Assembly: GCF_028641065.1 (NCBI RefSeq)
Contig: NC_073394.1
Coordinates: forward strand, 41,354,001-41,418,000
Origin: Leucoraja erinacea
Lineage: Eukaryota
DNA length: 64,000 bases
Direction: 5' to 3'
Every line of letters starts with the position of its first letter. The first letter of the stretch is position 1. The notes under the pieces are model-generated. The model saw only the letters and a list, made by a program, of their open reading frames with translations, did no database searches and was not told where the DNA came from. Both the position numbers and the translations under genes were made by a program. This document shows positions 13,547-25,848 of the stretch, piece after piece.

Positions 13547-14011
13547 GTATGTTACATCCTTTGGAAAAGTTTGGTTTAGTTATTGCCAAATCTAACGAGG
13601 TACAGTTCAAAGCTTTTTGTTCTCGAGTCCAGAAAAGATTAGTTTAGTTTATTGTGTGAAAAGTGAAAAGCTTTTGTTTGCATGTTATCGAGTCACAGAA
13701 ACATCGAAAAGTAGGTGCAGGAGTTGGCCATTCGGCCCTTCGAGCCAGCATGATCATGGCTGATCATCTAAAATCAGTACACCGTTCCTGCTTTTTCCCC
13801 ATATCCCTCGATTCCTTTAGCCCTAAGAACTAAATCTAACTCTCTTGAAAACATCCAGTGAATTGGCCAACACTGCCTTCTGTGGAAGAGATTCCCAACT
13901 CTCTGAGTGAAGAAGTTTTTCCTCATCTCAGTCCTAAATGACCTACCCCTTATTCTTAAATTGTGACCCCTGGTTCTGGACTCCCCAACATCGGGAACAT
14001 TTTTCCTGCAT

Positions 14012-15185
14012 CTAGTCAGTCCATGTGCACAGGGGAGTGCTGGTCACCCAATGCAATATTCCACCTCTCCACCAATTCCAATATTGGTGGCCAGTGGGGG
14101 AGGGGGGGGGGAAACAAAATTCAATTGCAGTTTCGTACCACTTCAAGCAGAGTGCAAGGCCACCAAATTCAATTGCAGTTTCGTACCACTTCAAGCAGAG
14201 TGCAAGGCCACCAAATTCAAGTGCAGTTTTATACCATTTCATGTAGGTTGCAAGGCCACAAAAGTTAAATGCAGTTTCATATCATTTCATGCAGGGTGAA
14301 AGGCCACCACATTCAAATGCCGTTTCATACCATTTCAAGCAGGGTGAAACCACCATAAAACCACACAAAACACCACATAAACACCACACTCACAGTTCAG
14401 TGTGTTCAGTTGATTCACAGCTCAGACAGAGTCGTGACCTCTTCCTCCCCATCTTGCTGAGATTGAGCCACACCCACACTTCCGGGTTTTATAATCCCTC
14501 CCCCTCCCACCGGAAGGGGCGTGGCCTTCATGGCATGATTGACAGGAGAGAGATTCTCAACATTATTTTAAACACCAATAACACTTTTATTTTTCATTGA
14601 TGGGAAAAATCCTCTGCACCTGATGAGCGGAGGGGGGCTGAGTAAGATGGCCAAAAATCACAGCTGTAAGTGGCAGCGTTTTATCTAAAATCAATATACA
14701 TTGAAAACAGGAAGTTGTCAATTTACCACCACCAACAACCATTTGCAGTGAAGCATTTCAAAGCAGTTACCACCACCAAAAACCATTTGCAGTGCAGCAT
14801 TTCAAAGCAACCACATTTTCATTTTCAAACCACATTAAGGGCACTCACAGTTGAGTAAACATGTGTTCAGTGTTATTCACAGCTCGAGAGACATGGCCCT
14901 CTCGCTTCCTCCATCTTGCAGAGACTGAGTGAGGCACAACGCTTCCGGGTTTTATAGTCCCACCAGCAGGGCCAGCAGGGAGAATGTCAACATTTTTTAA
15001 ACATTAATAACTCTTTTATTTTTCATCGATGGGAAAAATCCTCTTGTCCTGCGCAGTGGAGGGGGACTTTGAGTAAGATGGCCAAAAATCACAGCTGTAA
15101 GTGGCAGCGTTTTCTCATAAATCATGAAACAGAAAAACATGACGTGGTCAAGATCTATGTCACTTTTAGTGATATAGATAAGATA
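14012..15185 (-). mobile_element. Non-autonomous Helitron-like element with a 48-bp minisatellite and a duplicated internal module
   Basis: The minus-strand 5' end is TCTATATCACTAAAA. A 48-bp unit (caccaaattcaattgcagtttcgtaccacttcaagcagagtgcaaggc) repeats ~5 times at 14113-14350. Module ~14385-14720 recurs at ~14840-15180. Related sequence lies at 52578-52832 and 59620-59700. Confidence 0.55.
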
Positions 15186-17955
15186 AGATCCCCTCTCATC
15201 TTTCTAAATTCCAGTGAATAGTAGTCCAGAAAAGATTAGTTTGGTTTAGATTATTGTCACGTGTACAAAAGTGCAGTGAAAAGCTTGAGTTGTATGCTAA
15301 CCAGTCAGCGGAAAAACTATACCTGATAACAATTGATTCATTCACAGTGTTCAGATCCATGACAAAGGAAATAACATTTAGTGCAAGATAAAATCCCGTA
15401 AAGTCCGATTAAAGATAGTCCAAGGGTTTCCAGTGCGGTTGCCAGTTGCTCAGGACTGTTGTCCAATTGTTGAGAGGATGATTCAGTTGCCTGATAACAG
15501 ACTATACATGAATACAACCAAGCTGTCCAGAGTGCTTGGATAAAGGGCACAACATTTAGTACAAACTTTGAAGTCCAATTAAGTCCAACTAAAGATCGTT
15601 TAGAGGTCTCCAATGAGGTAGATGGGAGGTCAGGACCACAATCTCGCTGATAAAACGGCCATTCAGTTGCCTGATGCCTGTATCTCTTGCTCGATGGGAG
15701 AGGGGAGAAGAGGGAGTGACCAGGGTGAGACCCTTGATTATGCTGGTGGCCTTGCCGAGGCAGCGTGAAGTGCAGACGGAGTCAGTGGAAGGGAGGTTGG
15801 CTTGCGCGATGGTCTGGGCTGCGTACACAACTCTGCAATTTCCCGTTGTCTTGGATGGAGCTGTTCCCGAACCATGTTATGATGTCTCCCAATAAGATGC
15901 TTTCTATGTCACAACTGTAGAAGCTTGTGAGGGCTGTTTGGGACATACTGATCATCTGAGCCTTATAAGGAAGTATTGGTGTGCTTTCTTGGCCTTTGCT
16001 TCAATGTGGCTGGTGCAGGACAAATTTATTTTGTTATTTATTCATAGGAACTTGGAGATATTTTACAGGGTACTTTATTAAAATGTTTCCAATAATATAT
16101 ATGAAGATATTTGTGTGTGCTTAATACATATCCTTCACTGAGATGTGCAGTGCTTTAACTGGGGTTTATCCTTTGACCAAGATAAGAACGGGAGGATTTA
16201 AGATGAGAGGGGAGAGTTATTGGAAATTTGAGAATAACTCTTTCAGAAAGAGATGGTAGGTATATGGAAGGAGCTGCCAGGGGAGGTAGTTGAGACAACA
16301 TTTAAAAGACATTTGGAGAGGTTAGAAGGATATGGGGTAAATAAGGACAGGTGTCGAGAGTCAAGTCAAGACAAGAGAGTTTATTGTCATGTGTCCCAGA
16401 TAGGACAATGAAATTCTTCCAAGTGTTTAATAGACATTTGTACCGAAAACGGAACAATTAAATTCTTACTTCGATGGTCTACTGTAGATGGGGCATCTTG
16501 GTCAGCATGGAGAAGTTGGGCTGAAGGGCCTATTTCCATGCTGTATCACTCTCTTCCATCACAAGTAGATACTGTCTCAGCCATTGAGAATGATCATAAT
16601 CCTGGCACATTTGTGGTTTGGTGGGGAAGTTTGGTGCTGGTCTTTCATTGACTGCCTAGTAATTCATACAGATGTTTGTGGCCCTGGCCGTGCAAGCTTT
16701 TGGGAGATCCTGATAGAAATATCTAACATGATTAGAGGCATTGATAGGTGTCGAAGTCAGAACCGTTATCCCAGAGTGGAAATGTCAAAGACTGGAGGAC
16801 ATAGCTTCAAGGTGAACAGGGCAAAGATTAAAGAAGAGGCAGAGTGGCATTAATTAGGCTTAAATCAGCACATATATGTACAGGGAATGGAGGGATACGG
16901 ATTATAAACGGGCAGATTAATTTAATTTGGCATCATGTTCAGCATGGACATTGTGGGCCGAAGGGCCTGTTCCTGTGCTGTACTATTCTAAATTTGTTCT
17001 TTCGATATGCAGTTAAAGTATAATTTTTTTCAGTTGCCTAGTTGCCATGAGTAATATTTTGCTCATTTTTTCCTTTCTATGTACATTAGCTTAATCTCTT
17101 AATCTCTCCTTTCCAATATGCAGCAGCAGGATTTACTTTATTGCCTGTTCAGATCTGCACTGACGAGCGACCACCCCCCCCCTCCCACCGCACTATCCTA
17201 CACATTAATGACAATTTACAATTTTACAAAAGCCAATTAATTTACAAATCTGCACGTCTTGGATTGTGGGATGAAACCGGAGCACCGAGAGAAACCAACA
17301 CAGGTCACAGGGAGAACGTACAAACTCTGTATACACAGCACGATTGATCCCGGGCTTTTGGCGCTGGCGGTGTGACTAGCCCTGTAAACCCTTGAGTTAT
17401 TTCTGATTGCAGCAGGTCATGGAATCACTAATTGGAATTCCTAGGCCTTTAATTAAAGGGGATATAAATTGCACAATTATGGTTTCAATGTTTTTAATAA
17501 CTGTCCCCCCCATCCCCCGCCCCTTCCACCAAAATTCCTCCCTCCATGTTACATTTCACTCCTCCCCTTCTCTCCTTATCTGACACATTTTGTCTCCTTA
17601 TCACCTCTAGCCTTTTGTCCACCCATCCTCAAATCAGTAAAAATCCCTCCTCACCTACCACTTTGTCCAACCCCCATTTTCTTATCATCTTTCCCCCACT
17701 ACAATCAGACTGAATGAAGGTCCAGACCCGAAACATCACCTATCCATGTTCTCCAGAGAAGCTGCTGAGTTACTCCAGCACTCTGTGTTCTACACAACAT
17801 TTTGGCATCTGCAGTTCCTCGTGTCGCCTCTTTAAAATCCTGTCCACTATTGTTATTTACTATTGGCAAAAATGAAGGCGTCTGCAAATAAAGAAGGTTA
17901 TTTCACGTGGCATGGTGTTTGTGGATATGCTGATTCTTAGTGTTTTACATTCCAG

Positions 17956-18069
17956 AACCTGTGGAATATTCGTCAACAGGGGCTATTCTTGGAGTTTTAT
18001 TTGCTGGAATTATTCTATGCGCACTAATTGCCTTTGGACTCTATGTTTACTTCGTGAAATACAGACCAG
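17956..18069 (+). CDS. Exon: transmembrane segment of the B7-H6-like protein
   Basis: Acceptor tccag|AA and donor G|gtaata, phase 1-1, 114 nt. EPVEYSSTGAILGVLFAGIILCALIAFGLYVYFVKYRP is a ~26-aa hydrophobic stretch followed by basic residues (type I orientation). Confidence 0.82.
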
Positions 18070-18855
18070 GTAATATGACAAATGGAGAATGTTCATCAAT
18101 GCGTTGTAATTGTCTGCCTCGAGTTATAGCAGCTACAGCACAGAAACAGGCCATTCAGCCCACCACATCCACGCCGACCATCGAGTACTCGTATACATAA
18201 ATATCAGTTCATTCAGCCCACTTTCCCATGAGCTCGTACCTGATCCTACCATATTCCTCACACACAAGCAGAAATTTACAGGGCACAATTAATCAAACTT
18301 TTTGGGGTGCAGGAGGAAACCAAAACACCCAACATGGGGAACATGCAAACTCCACATAGACAACATCGGAGGTTAGCATTGAACCCCGCCTGTGTGCTGT
18401 GTAAAGTACTGGAGTTGTGTGGCTTTTGTAATTATTTGAATGCTTCTTGTTACATTTTCCCAATATGGAGGGCTGGTGATCTTTTAGTTTCAACTACAGA
18501 TCACCCTGTGATGATTGTATACCCATATAGACGGCAGCCAGGCTTGGAGCTTCTCTTTGAATGGCCCACTGGGCATAACTTGTTTCAGTTATAATTTCAG
18601 AGATACAGTGTGGAAACAGGCCCTTCCACACTGACCACTGATCGCCCCATATACTAGTTCTATCCTTCTCACTTGGGTCAATGTACAGAAGCTGATTAAC
18701 CCATAAACCTATACGTCTGTGGAATCTGGGAGAAAACCCACCCGGTCACAGTGAGAACGTATAAACTTCGTACCGACAGCACCCGACGTCAGGATTGTTC
18801 CTCAGAAAGAACATTTAGATTGCCAAGTTTTAATTACCTGCTTTGTTTTGACTAG

Positions 18856-19293
18856 TTACTCCAGGGATCACTGGACCCAATGGACATCAAACCATGAAAC
18901 ATCTTGAAGAAAAAAAGACCACTTGGAGGGTTAGTCCATTCCGTCCTCGTGAAATTATAATTTACTTATACCTAAAGAGGAAGGGGGATCAGGTGAGAAA
19001 AACTATTTTAGATTGGGACAGCAGAAAATCTACTGAAAACAGAAATGGAAAGATCAACGGAGAGGGTCACAATGAAGCGAGGATTCTCATAAATTCAAAT
19101 TATGTCAATGCATCTTTTACACCATTGGATCCCAAATATGACACTGATGCAGATGGGATTTCCAGTGTGATGATCAATGTGGAAATATATCCAGATGTTA
19201 ACCAGGATGCAGGGGCTGAATTAACCATTGAAGTTCAACATAAATCACTGAAACAGCCGATATCAAAGACTTTGATACTGGATGTTAAAGGAG
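18856..19293 (+). CDS. Exon: cysteine-less C1-like Ig domain downstream of the TM exon
   Basis: Pyrimidine-rich tract with actag|TT acceptor (an in-frame alternative AG at 18863-18864) and donor G|gtaaag, phase 1-1, 438 nt open. The C1 pattern is recognisable: TWRVSPFRPREI (for CxxxGFxPxxI), PDVNQDAGAELTIEVQHKSL (for YxCxVxHxSL), and ISKTLILDV as the G strand. Confidence 0.78.
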
Positions 19294-19359
19294 GTAAAGT
19301 ATAAATGTTTTCTTTAATCATTAATGTCTATATATTGTGATTTCATTCTGAATGTCTTC

Positions 19360-19910
19360 AGAGTCATAGAGTATACAGCGTAGAAACAGGCCCTTCAGCC
19401 CAACTTGCCCAAGCCGTCCAACATGTCAGTCAGTCTGGACACTTTGTCCCATCTGCCTGCGTTGGGTCCATATCCCTCTAAACCTGTTCTATCCATGTAC
19501 CTGCCTAAATATTTCTTAAAAATTGTGATAGTACCTACCTCAACTATCTCGTCTGGCAGCTTGTTCCATACACTCACCATCTTTGTATGAAAAGGTTACC
19601 CCTCAGATTCCGATAAAATCTTTCCACCCTCCTCATCTTAAATCTATGTCCTCTGGTCCTCGATTCACCTACTCGGGGCAAAAGACTGTGCATCTACCCG
19701 ATCTATTCCTCTGATGATCTTCTACACCTCTATTTGATCACTCTCATCGTCCTGCGCTCCAAGGAATAGAGTCCTAGCCTGCTCAACCTCTCCCTATAGC
19801 TCAGGCCCTCGGGTCCTGGCAACATCCTCGTAAATCTTCTCTGCACCCTTTCCAGCTTGACAACATCTTTCTTGTAACAAGTTGTCCAAAACTGAACACA
19901 ATACTCAGTA
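19360..19910 (-). mobile_element. CR1 3' fragment
   Basis: VSVWNKLP..EVGTITIFKKYL motif and a CR1 3' UTR. Confidence 0.8.
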
Positions 19911-20160
19911 TTTCAATCAATACTCATTGAAATAAATGCGTGATTATGCGTTCATAGTAACATCTATAATTTGTAACATTGATGTGTTTTATGCAATGAG
20001 AGCATGGAACAGCATAACACAGGAACGGCCCCTTTGGCCCACAATGTCCATGTTGAACATGATGCCAAGATAAACTAATCTCTGCTGCTTGCACGCAATC
20101 CATGTCCCTCCATCCCTGCATATTTATGTGCCTATCTAAAAGCTTCTTAAACACCACCAT

Positions 20161-23100
20161 ATAATAATGGGGGGAGATTTCAATTGTGTTATAGTCCCAT
20201 ACTTAGATAAATCAATAAAGCTAGGGAAGCGTCTTGTTAAAACTAAGACCTGTGAATTTTTAAATAATTATATAAAAAATAATAACATAACTGATGTTTG
20301 GAGAATAGCAAATCCAAGTGGTAGGGAATACTCATTTTATTCATCAGTTCACAAAACTTATTCGCGAATTGACTATTTCTTATTGGACACAAAATTGATC
20401 CCGTATACGAATAAACCATCATATCATAATAGTATTATTTCTGATCACTCACCATTGACTTTTATACTTAAAATTGAGGGAATGCCGAGTATAAAACCTT
20501 TTTGGAGGTTCAATGCACACATATTAAATAACCCGTAGGGTTACGAGTATATAAAAAAACAAACAAAACGTTTTTTCGAAATAAATGACACGCCGGGTAT
20601 TTCTGCACCGCTATTATGGGAAACCTTCAAGGCATATATTCGCGGTGTCATAATCTCTTACCAAAGTTTTCAAAATAAGGAAAATAAAAGAGAACTTCAG
20701 CGGATAGAACAGAAAATAAAATTACTAGAACTGGACAATGCAACTGACCCAACCATAAATAAACATAATAAGATAACTTTATTGAAATATAAAGTCAATA
20801 GAATACTATCGGCTAGAATAATAAGATTATTCCAAATTACAAAACAAGCACACTTCGAATTTGGGGATAAGCCACATAAACTACTTGCGAGGCAACTGAA
20901 GCAACGAGAAAAGGAAAAAACTATTACTAAAATTAAATCGGATAAGGGTGAGTTTCTAACATTGCCTAAGGATATTAATAAGAGGTTTGCCCAATTTTAT
21001 CATCATTTATATACAAATTTTTAAAATAATTTTTTAGATAATTGCAAGCTCCCAAAATTGGATAGTTTAGAACAAGAGCAATTAGGAGCACGGATTACTA
21101 GTGAAGAAATAAAACAAATAATAAACTCACTGAAAAATGGGAAGACCCCAGGACCAGACGGTTTTAGTAATGAATTTTATAAAAGATTTCAGGAGTCAAT
21201 TGTACCAAGATTATTCAATTTATACATGCAGGCTTATACTGAAAATAAACTACCAGAAACCCTAGCAGAAGCAACAATAACGCTTATACCAAAAAAAGAT
21301 AAAGATTTGGATGAACCGGGTTCTTATAGAGCTATTTCACTTCTAAATACGGATCAGAAAATTTTAGCAAAGATTCTAGCTAGAAGGCTAAATAATTATA
21401 TTAACAATTTAATAAATATGGATCAAACGGGATTCATACCCAAAAGACAATCATTTAATAATTTGAGGAGGCTTTTCAATATAATGTACTCTCACAATGA
21501 GGACAATGAAGATATTTCAGTTGTCACGCTGGATGCAGAGAAGGCATTTGATCAAGTAGAATGGCAGTATTTATGCAAGGGACTCCAAAAATTTAATACG
21601 GGAGAGAATTTTATTAGATGGATTAAACTACTTTACGATAGACCTACGGCAAGAATATTAACTAACAATACGCTATCTCCAAAATTTTACTTATCAAGGG
21701 GTAATAGCCAAGGGTGTGCCTTATCACCATTGCTATTTGCCCTTATGATAGAACCGCTGGCCGAATGGATTAGAAATCACCCGAATATTCACGGATATAA
21801 CACCAAGGACTCAAAGAATAAAATTTCATCATATGCCGATGATATCCTTTTATATATTACTAATACACAAACGAGTATACCCACCTTATTAACACTAATT
21901 GAGGAATTCGGCTCTTTTTCAGGATATAGAATAAATTGGAATAAAAGCGAAATTATGTCTTTAAAACCACAGAATTCGAGACACTTACTAAAATTCCCCT
22001 TCAAAATTGCAACAGAAAAATTCCAGTAGCTGGGTATTCAAATTACGAGAAGACACAAATCATTATTTAGTGCCAATTTTATACCACTATTAAATAAACT
22101 GAATGATACGATTAAATTTTGGAAAACGCTTCCGCTCTCATTGATAGGTAGAATTAACGCTATAAAAATGACTTTCTTACCACAATTAATATATTTGTTT
22201 CAAGCGATCCCAATATATATTCCAAAATATTTTTTCAAAAAACTAGATTCCACCATCACTAATTTTATATGGGACTACAGAACACATAGAATTCAACGAA
22301 AGCATTTGTGCAAATCTAAAGAAGTTGGGGGTTTATCATTACCTAACTTTATGTATTACTACTGGGCAGTGCATATTAAGACCATAATGTACTTGCTGGA
22401 TAGTTCCACTCAGCAGTTGGAGTGGATAAGAATGGAGAAAGAGGAGTGCTATCCGCACGATATAGGAACGATCCTGCTCTCACCGATAAAATTGAATAGT
22501 ATAATATATAAGAAGAACCCAATTATTCACAATATAATAAGAATTTGGAAACAAATAAAAGTATCCTTGAAATTAAATAATTTATCAGTACTAACCCCAC
22601 TATTGAACAACCCCGCATTTAAACCTTCTCTCATCGACAACACATATCAACAATGGGATAGACTGGGGATTAGGAAAGTAGGGGATATGTATGAAGTGGG
22701 CAAACTGTTATCATTTCAACAATTAAAATTTAAATTTAAATTGAAGGATAATCAATATTTTAAATATATACAGGTATGTGACTTTATGAAGAAATATACA
22801 CATAGATTTCAAACTATATTTTTAGACCCTTTAGAAGAAGCAATGAATATTAAGGCTGATTCACAAAAATTAATATCATACTTTTATAATAATATATTAA
22901 ATAGAGAATCACCCTCAACAGAAGCACTAAGGGAAGATTGGGAACATGAGCTAATGATAAAGATCTCGAAGGATAGATGGGAAAAGTATTTGATGAATAC
23001 ACATAACTGTTCTATTAATGCAAGACATAATTTAATTCAATTCAAATTATTACATAGACTATATTATTCAAAAACGAGGTTGAATCAATTTTATCCAAAC

Positions 23101-23881
23101 GTCTCTCCCAGATGCGATAAATGTTTGTTTCAAAACGCTAATATAACACATTCATTTGTAGGATGTACAAAGTTGAATACATTTTGGAGTGATATATTTG
23201 ATATATTTACAAAGCTTTTCAAGTCAAGAATAGAACCCAAAATGGAATGGATTATATTTGGAATAATAGGAGAAGATACCAATTTAAATAAAGATCAAAT
23301 GGTTTTTTTTTATTATGGGTTAATAATTGGAAAGAAATTGACACTTAAATTTTGGAAAAATACAACCATACCAACTGTTAAAATGTGGATTAGGAATATG
23401 ATGGACATAGCATGCCTTGAAGAAATGAGACTCCGACTAATAGATAAATATGACCAATTCTTAAGGAGTTGGTCTCCTTTCATCGACTTTTTGGAATCAT
23501 GTGATGCAGCGGTACCATAAAGATTGCTGATTTCAGTTCATGACGCGGATAGATCTACATCTCCGAATACAGATTTGAAAAAATCTCTTTTAAGGGGCCT
23601 TCTCTTCTATTTTTACTTTCCACTTTCTCTCTTTCTTTTTTATTTTTCCATACACACTTCACGTTTTTCTACTCTCCACCATCTATTTTTCCACTTTTTC
23701 ATCTTTCTATTGTTTTCTTTTTCTTGTCTTGCTTACTTCCTTCTCATAACATAAAACTAGAGGTTGTACATAGAATGGATTACGGTATTACATAGTTGGC
23801 ACCTAAAATTAGGTTCCACTGTACTGTTTTGTACTGTATTAACTTCTAATAAAATAAACAAAAAAACCCCCCAAAAAAACC
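20161..23881 (+). mobile_element. 5'-truncated L1-clade LINE (ORF2: C-terminal half of EN, RT, Cys-rich C-terminus)
   Basis: GGDFN, YSRIDY, ISDH, KTPGPDGF, LDAEKAFD, QGCALSPLLF, YADD and RCDKC motifs. In-frame stops at ~20536 and ~22027 and a frameshift near 21020. A-rich tail at 23848-23880 and a 9-bp TSD caccaccat (20152-20160 / 23882-23890). Confidence 0.95.
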
Positions 23882-24398
23882 CACCACCATTGTATCTGCC
23901 TCCACCACCACCCCTGGCAGCGTGTTCCACGTTGTGTTTAACAATGAACTTTGCCCCTCACCTCTCCTTTAAACTTTGCCACTCTAATCTTAAAGCTATG
24001 CCCTCCAGTCTTTGACATTTTTACCTTGGGAAAAATATTCTGACTGCCTACCTTTTATCATGTATGTCTCGATGGGCCAAAGGGCCTGTTTCCACGTTGT
24101 ACCTCTAAACTAAACTAAATCAGGACCGCTTTCTGGTTGGTAATAGGATGGTTCAGTTGCCTGATGACAACTAATACATTAGTTATAGTAATACATTTAC
24201 AATGGGGCGACTAGAACTGCACGCAATACTCCAACTGCGGCCTAACCAAAGTCTGCAGACCTGCATCATGGCCTGAATGCTTTTAGGAGATTCTCTCATC
24301 AGTCAACTCAAAGTCACGGAAAATTCTCACAGTAATGTAATATTTTCTTGTTTTTGTGTATTTCTACTAGTTGATTTGTTTGTTTTCTTTTCTCAAAG

Positions 24399-24776
24399 TG
24401 CCACCCAAGGTTTCAAACATCTTCAAACCCTCCTGCATCATTCACAATAAATCTGCATCTTTGATCTGTTCAATCACTGGGTTTAAACCGAGACCTTTAC
24501 GTATCACGTGGCAACGAAAGAGAAAGAACATGGAGGCAGAAGAAATAGTTCGAATGGAGGCGGACAACAGGACAACTATTCACGGTGGTGACGGGGAGAT
24601 GTCCACATATAAACATTACATCAGTGAGATGAAGCATGATGATGAATCCTACAGCATCACTAGTGTACTAGAGTTAGTGCCTGATATACAGCAAGATCAA
24701 GACTCGCTTTACACCTGTAAAGTACATCACAGCGGCACCAGTGACCAGGAGAGAGAAATCAAGTTAATAATTGCAG
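24399..24776 (+). CDS. Exon: second post-TM IgC1 domain (both cysteines present)
   Basis: Long pyrimidine tract with caaag|TG acceptor and donor G|gtatat, phase 1-1, 378 nt. VPPKVSNI..LICSITGFKPRPLRITWQ..SYSITSVLELVPDIQQDQDSLYTCKVHHS is a canonical C1-set motif series. Confidence 0.85.
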
Positions 24777-25751
24777 GTATATAATACTTCCATCTAAGCC
24801 TTGCATTGACAGAGGGTGCAGAGTGCTTACTTATTTGGAATGGTGTCTTAAATATCATACCACGACCATTAATGTACGCAGAGCGTTTGAAGGCTCTGGG
24901 TCTGTACTCGCTGGAGTTTAGAAGGACGAGGGGGGGATCTCAATGAAACCTACTGAATAATGAAAGGCATGGATAGAGTGGATGCAGAAAAGATGTTTCC
25001 ACTAATGTGAGAGTCCAGGACCAGACTCAGAGTAAAAGGATGTACCTTTAGAATGGAGATGAGGAGGAATTTCTTTAGTCAGAGGTTGGTGACTCGGTGG
25101 AGTTCATTGCTACAGACAGCTGTGGAAGACAAGTCATTGGGTTTTTCAAAGTGGACATTTATAGGTTCTTGATTAGTAAGAGTGTCAAAGGTTATGGGGA
25201 GAAGGCAGGAGAATGAGGTTGAGAGGGAAAAATAGATCTACCATGATTGAATGGAAAAGTAGACTAGATGGGCCGAATGGCCTAATTGTGCTCCTATAAC
25301 TTATGAGCGTATGAATTATCTAATGATATAGAACGTAGAACAGTACGGCACAACCGCTCGACACACAATGTCTGACCAACACTCATATGCCTGCACATAA
25401 TCCATATCCCTCCATATCCATGTGCCTATCCAAAAGTCTATTAAATGCCACTATCCTTTCTGCCTCAACCACCATCCCCGGTAACGCGTTCCAGACACTC
25501 GCCCCCTTCTATGTTAAAAAAAATGGACCCACACATCTTCTTTAAAATTTGCCCCTCTCACCTTAAAACTATGGCCTCTAGTATTTGATTTTTCTATCCT
25601 TTTATTTCCAGACAGAGGCTCTGACTGTCTACCCTATCTATGCCTCTCCTGATTTTATGTACCTCTATCAGGTCTCAGACCTTTTTGACCACCCGATCTA
25701 CCTGCAATTCCACCTTCAAGGAACCTTGCACCTGAACTCCTACATCCCTCT

Positions 25752-25848
25752 GGTTACACAGAAAAGCTGGAGAAACTCAGCGGGTGCAGCAGCATCTATG
25801 GAGCGAAGGAAATAGGCAACGTTTCGGGCCGAAACCCTTCTTCAGACC
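25752..25848 (-). mobile_element. 97-bp Penelope-terminal insertion containing a hammerhead-like motif
   Basis: Matches the Penelope 3' end at 44378-44472 and 59010-59104. 15-bp TSD ctcctacatccctct (25737-25751 / 25849-25863). Confidence 0.8.

Noticed and set aside
14113-14350. 48-bp direct repeats as a CRISPR-like array
   Set aside because: The units are head-to-tail with no unique spacers, there are no cas genes, and the context is eukaryotic; this is a minisatellite.
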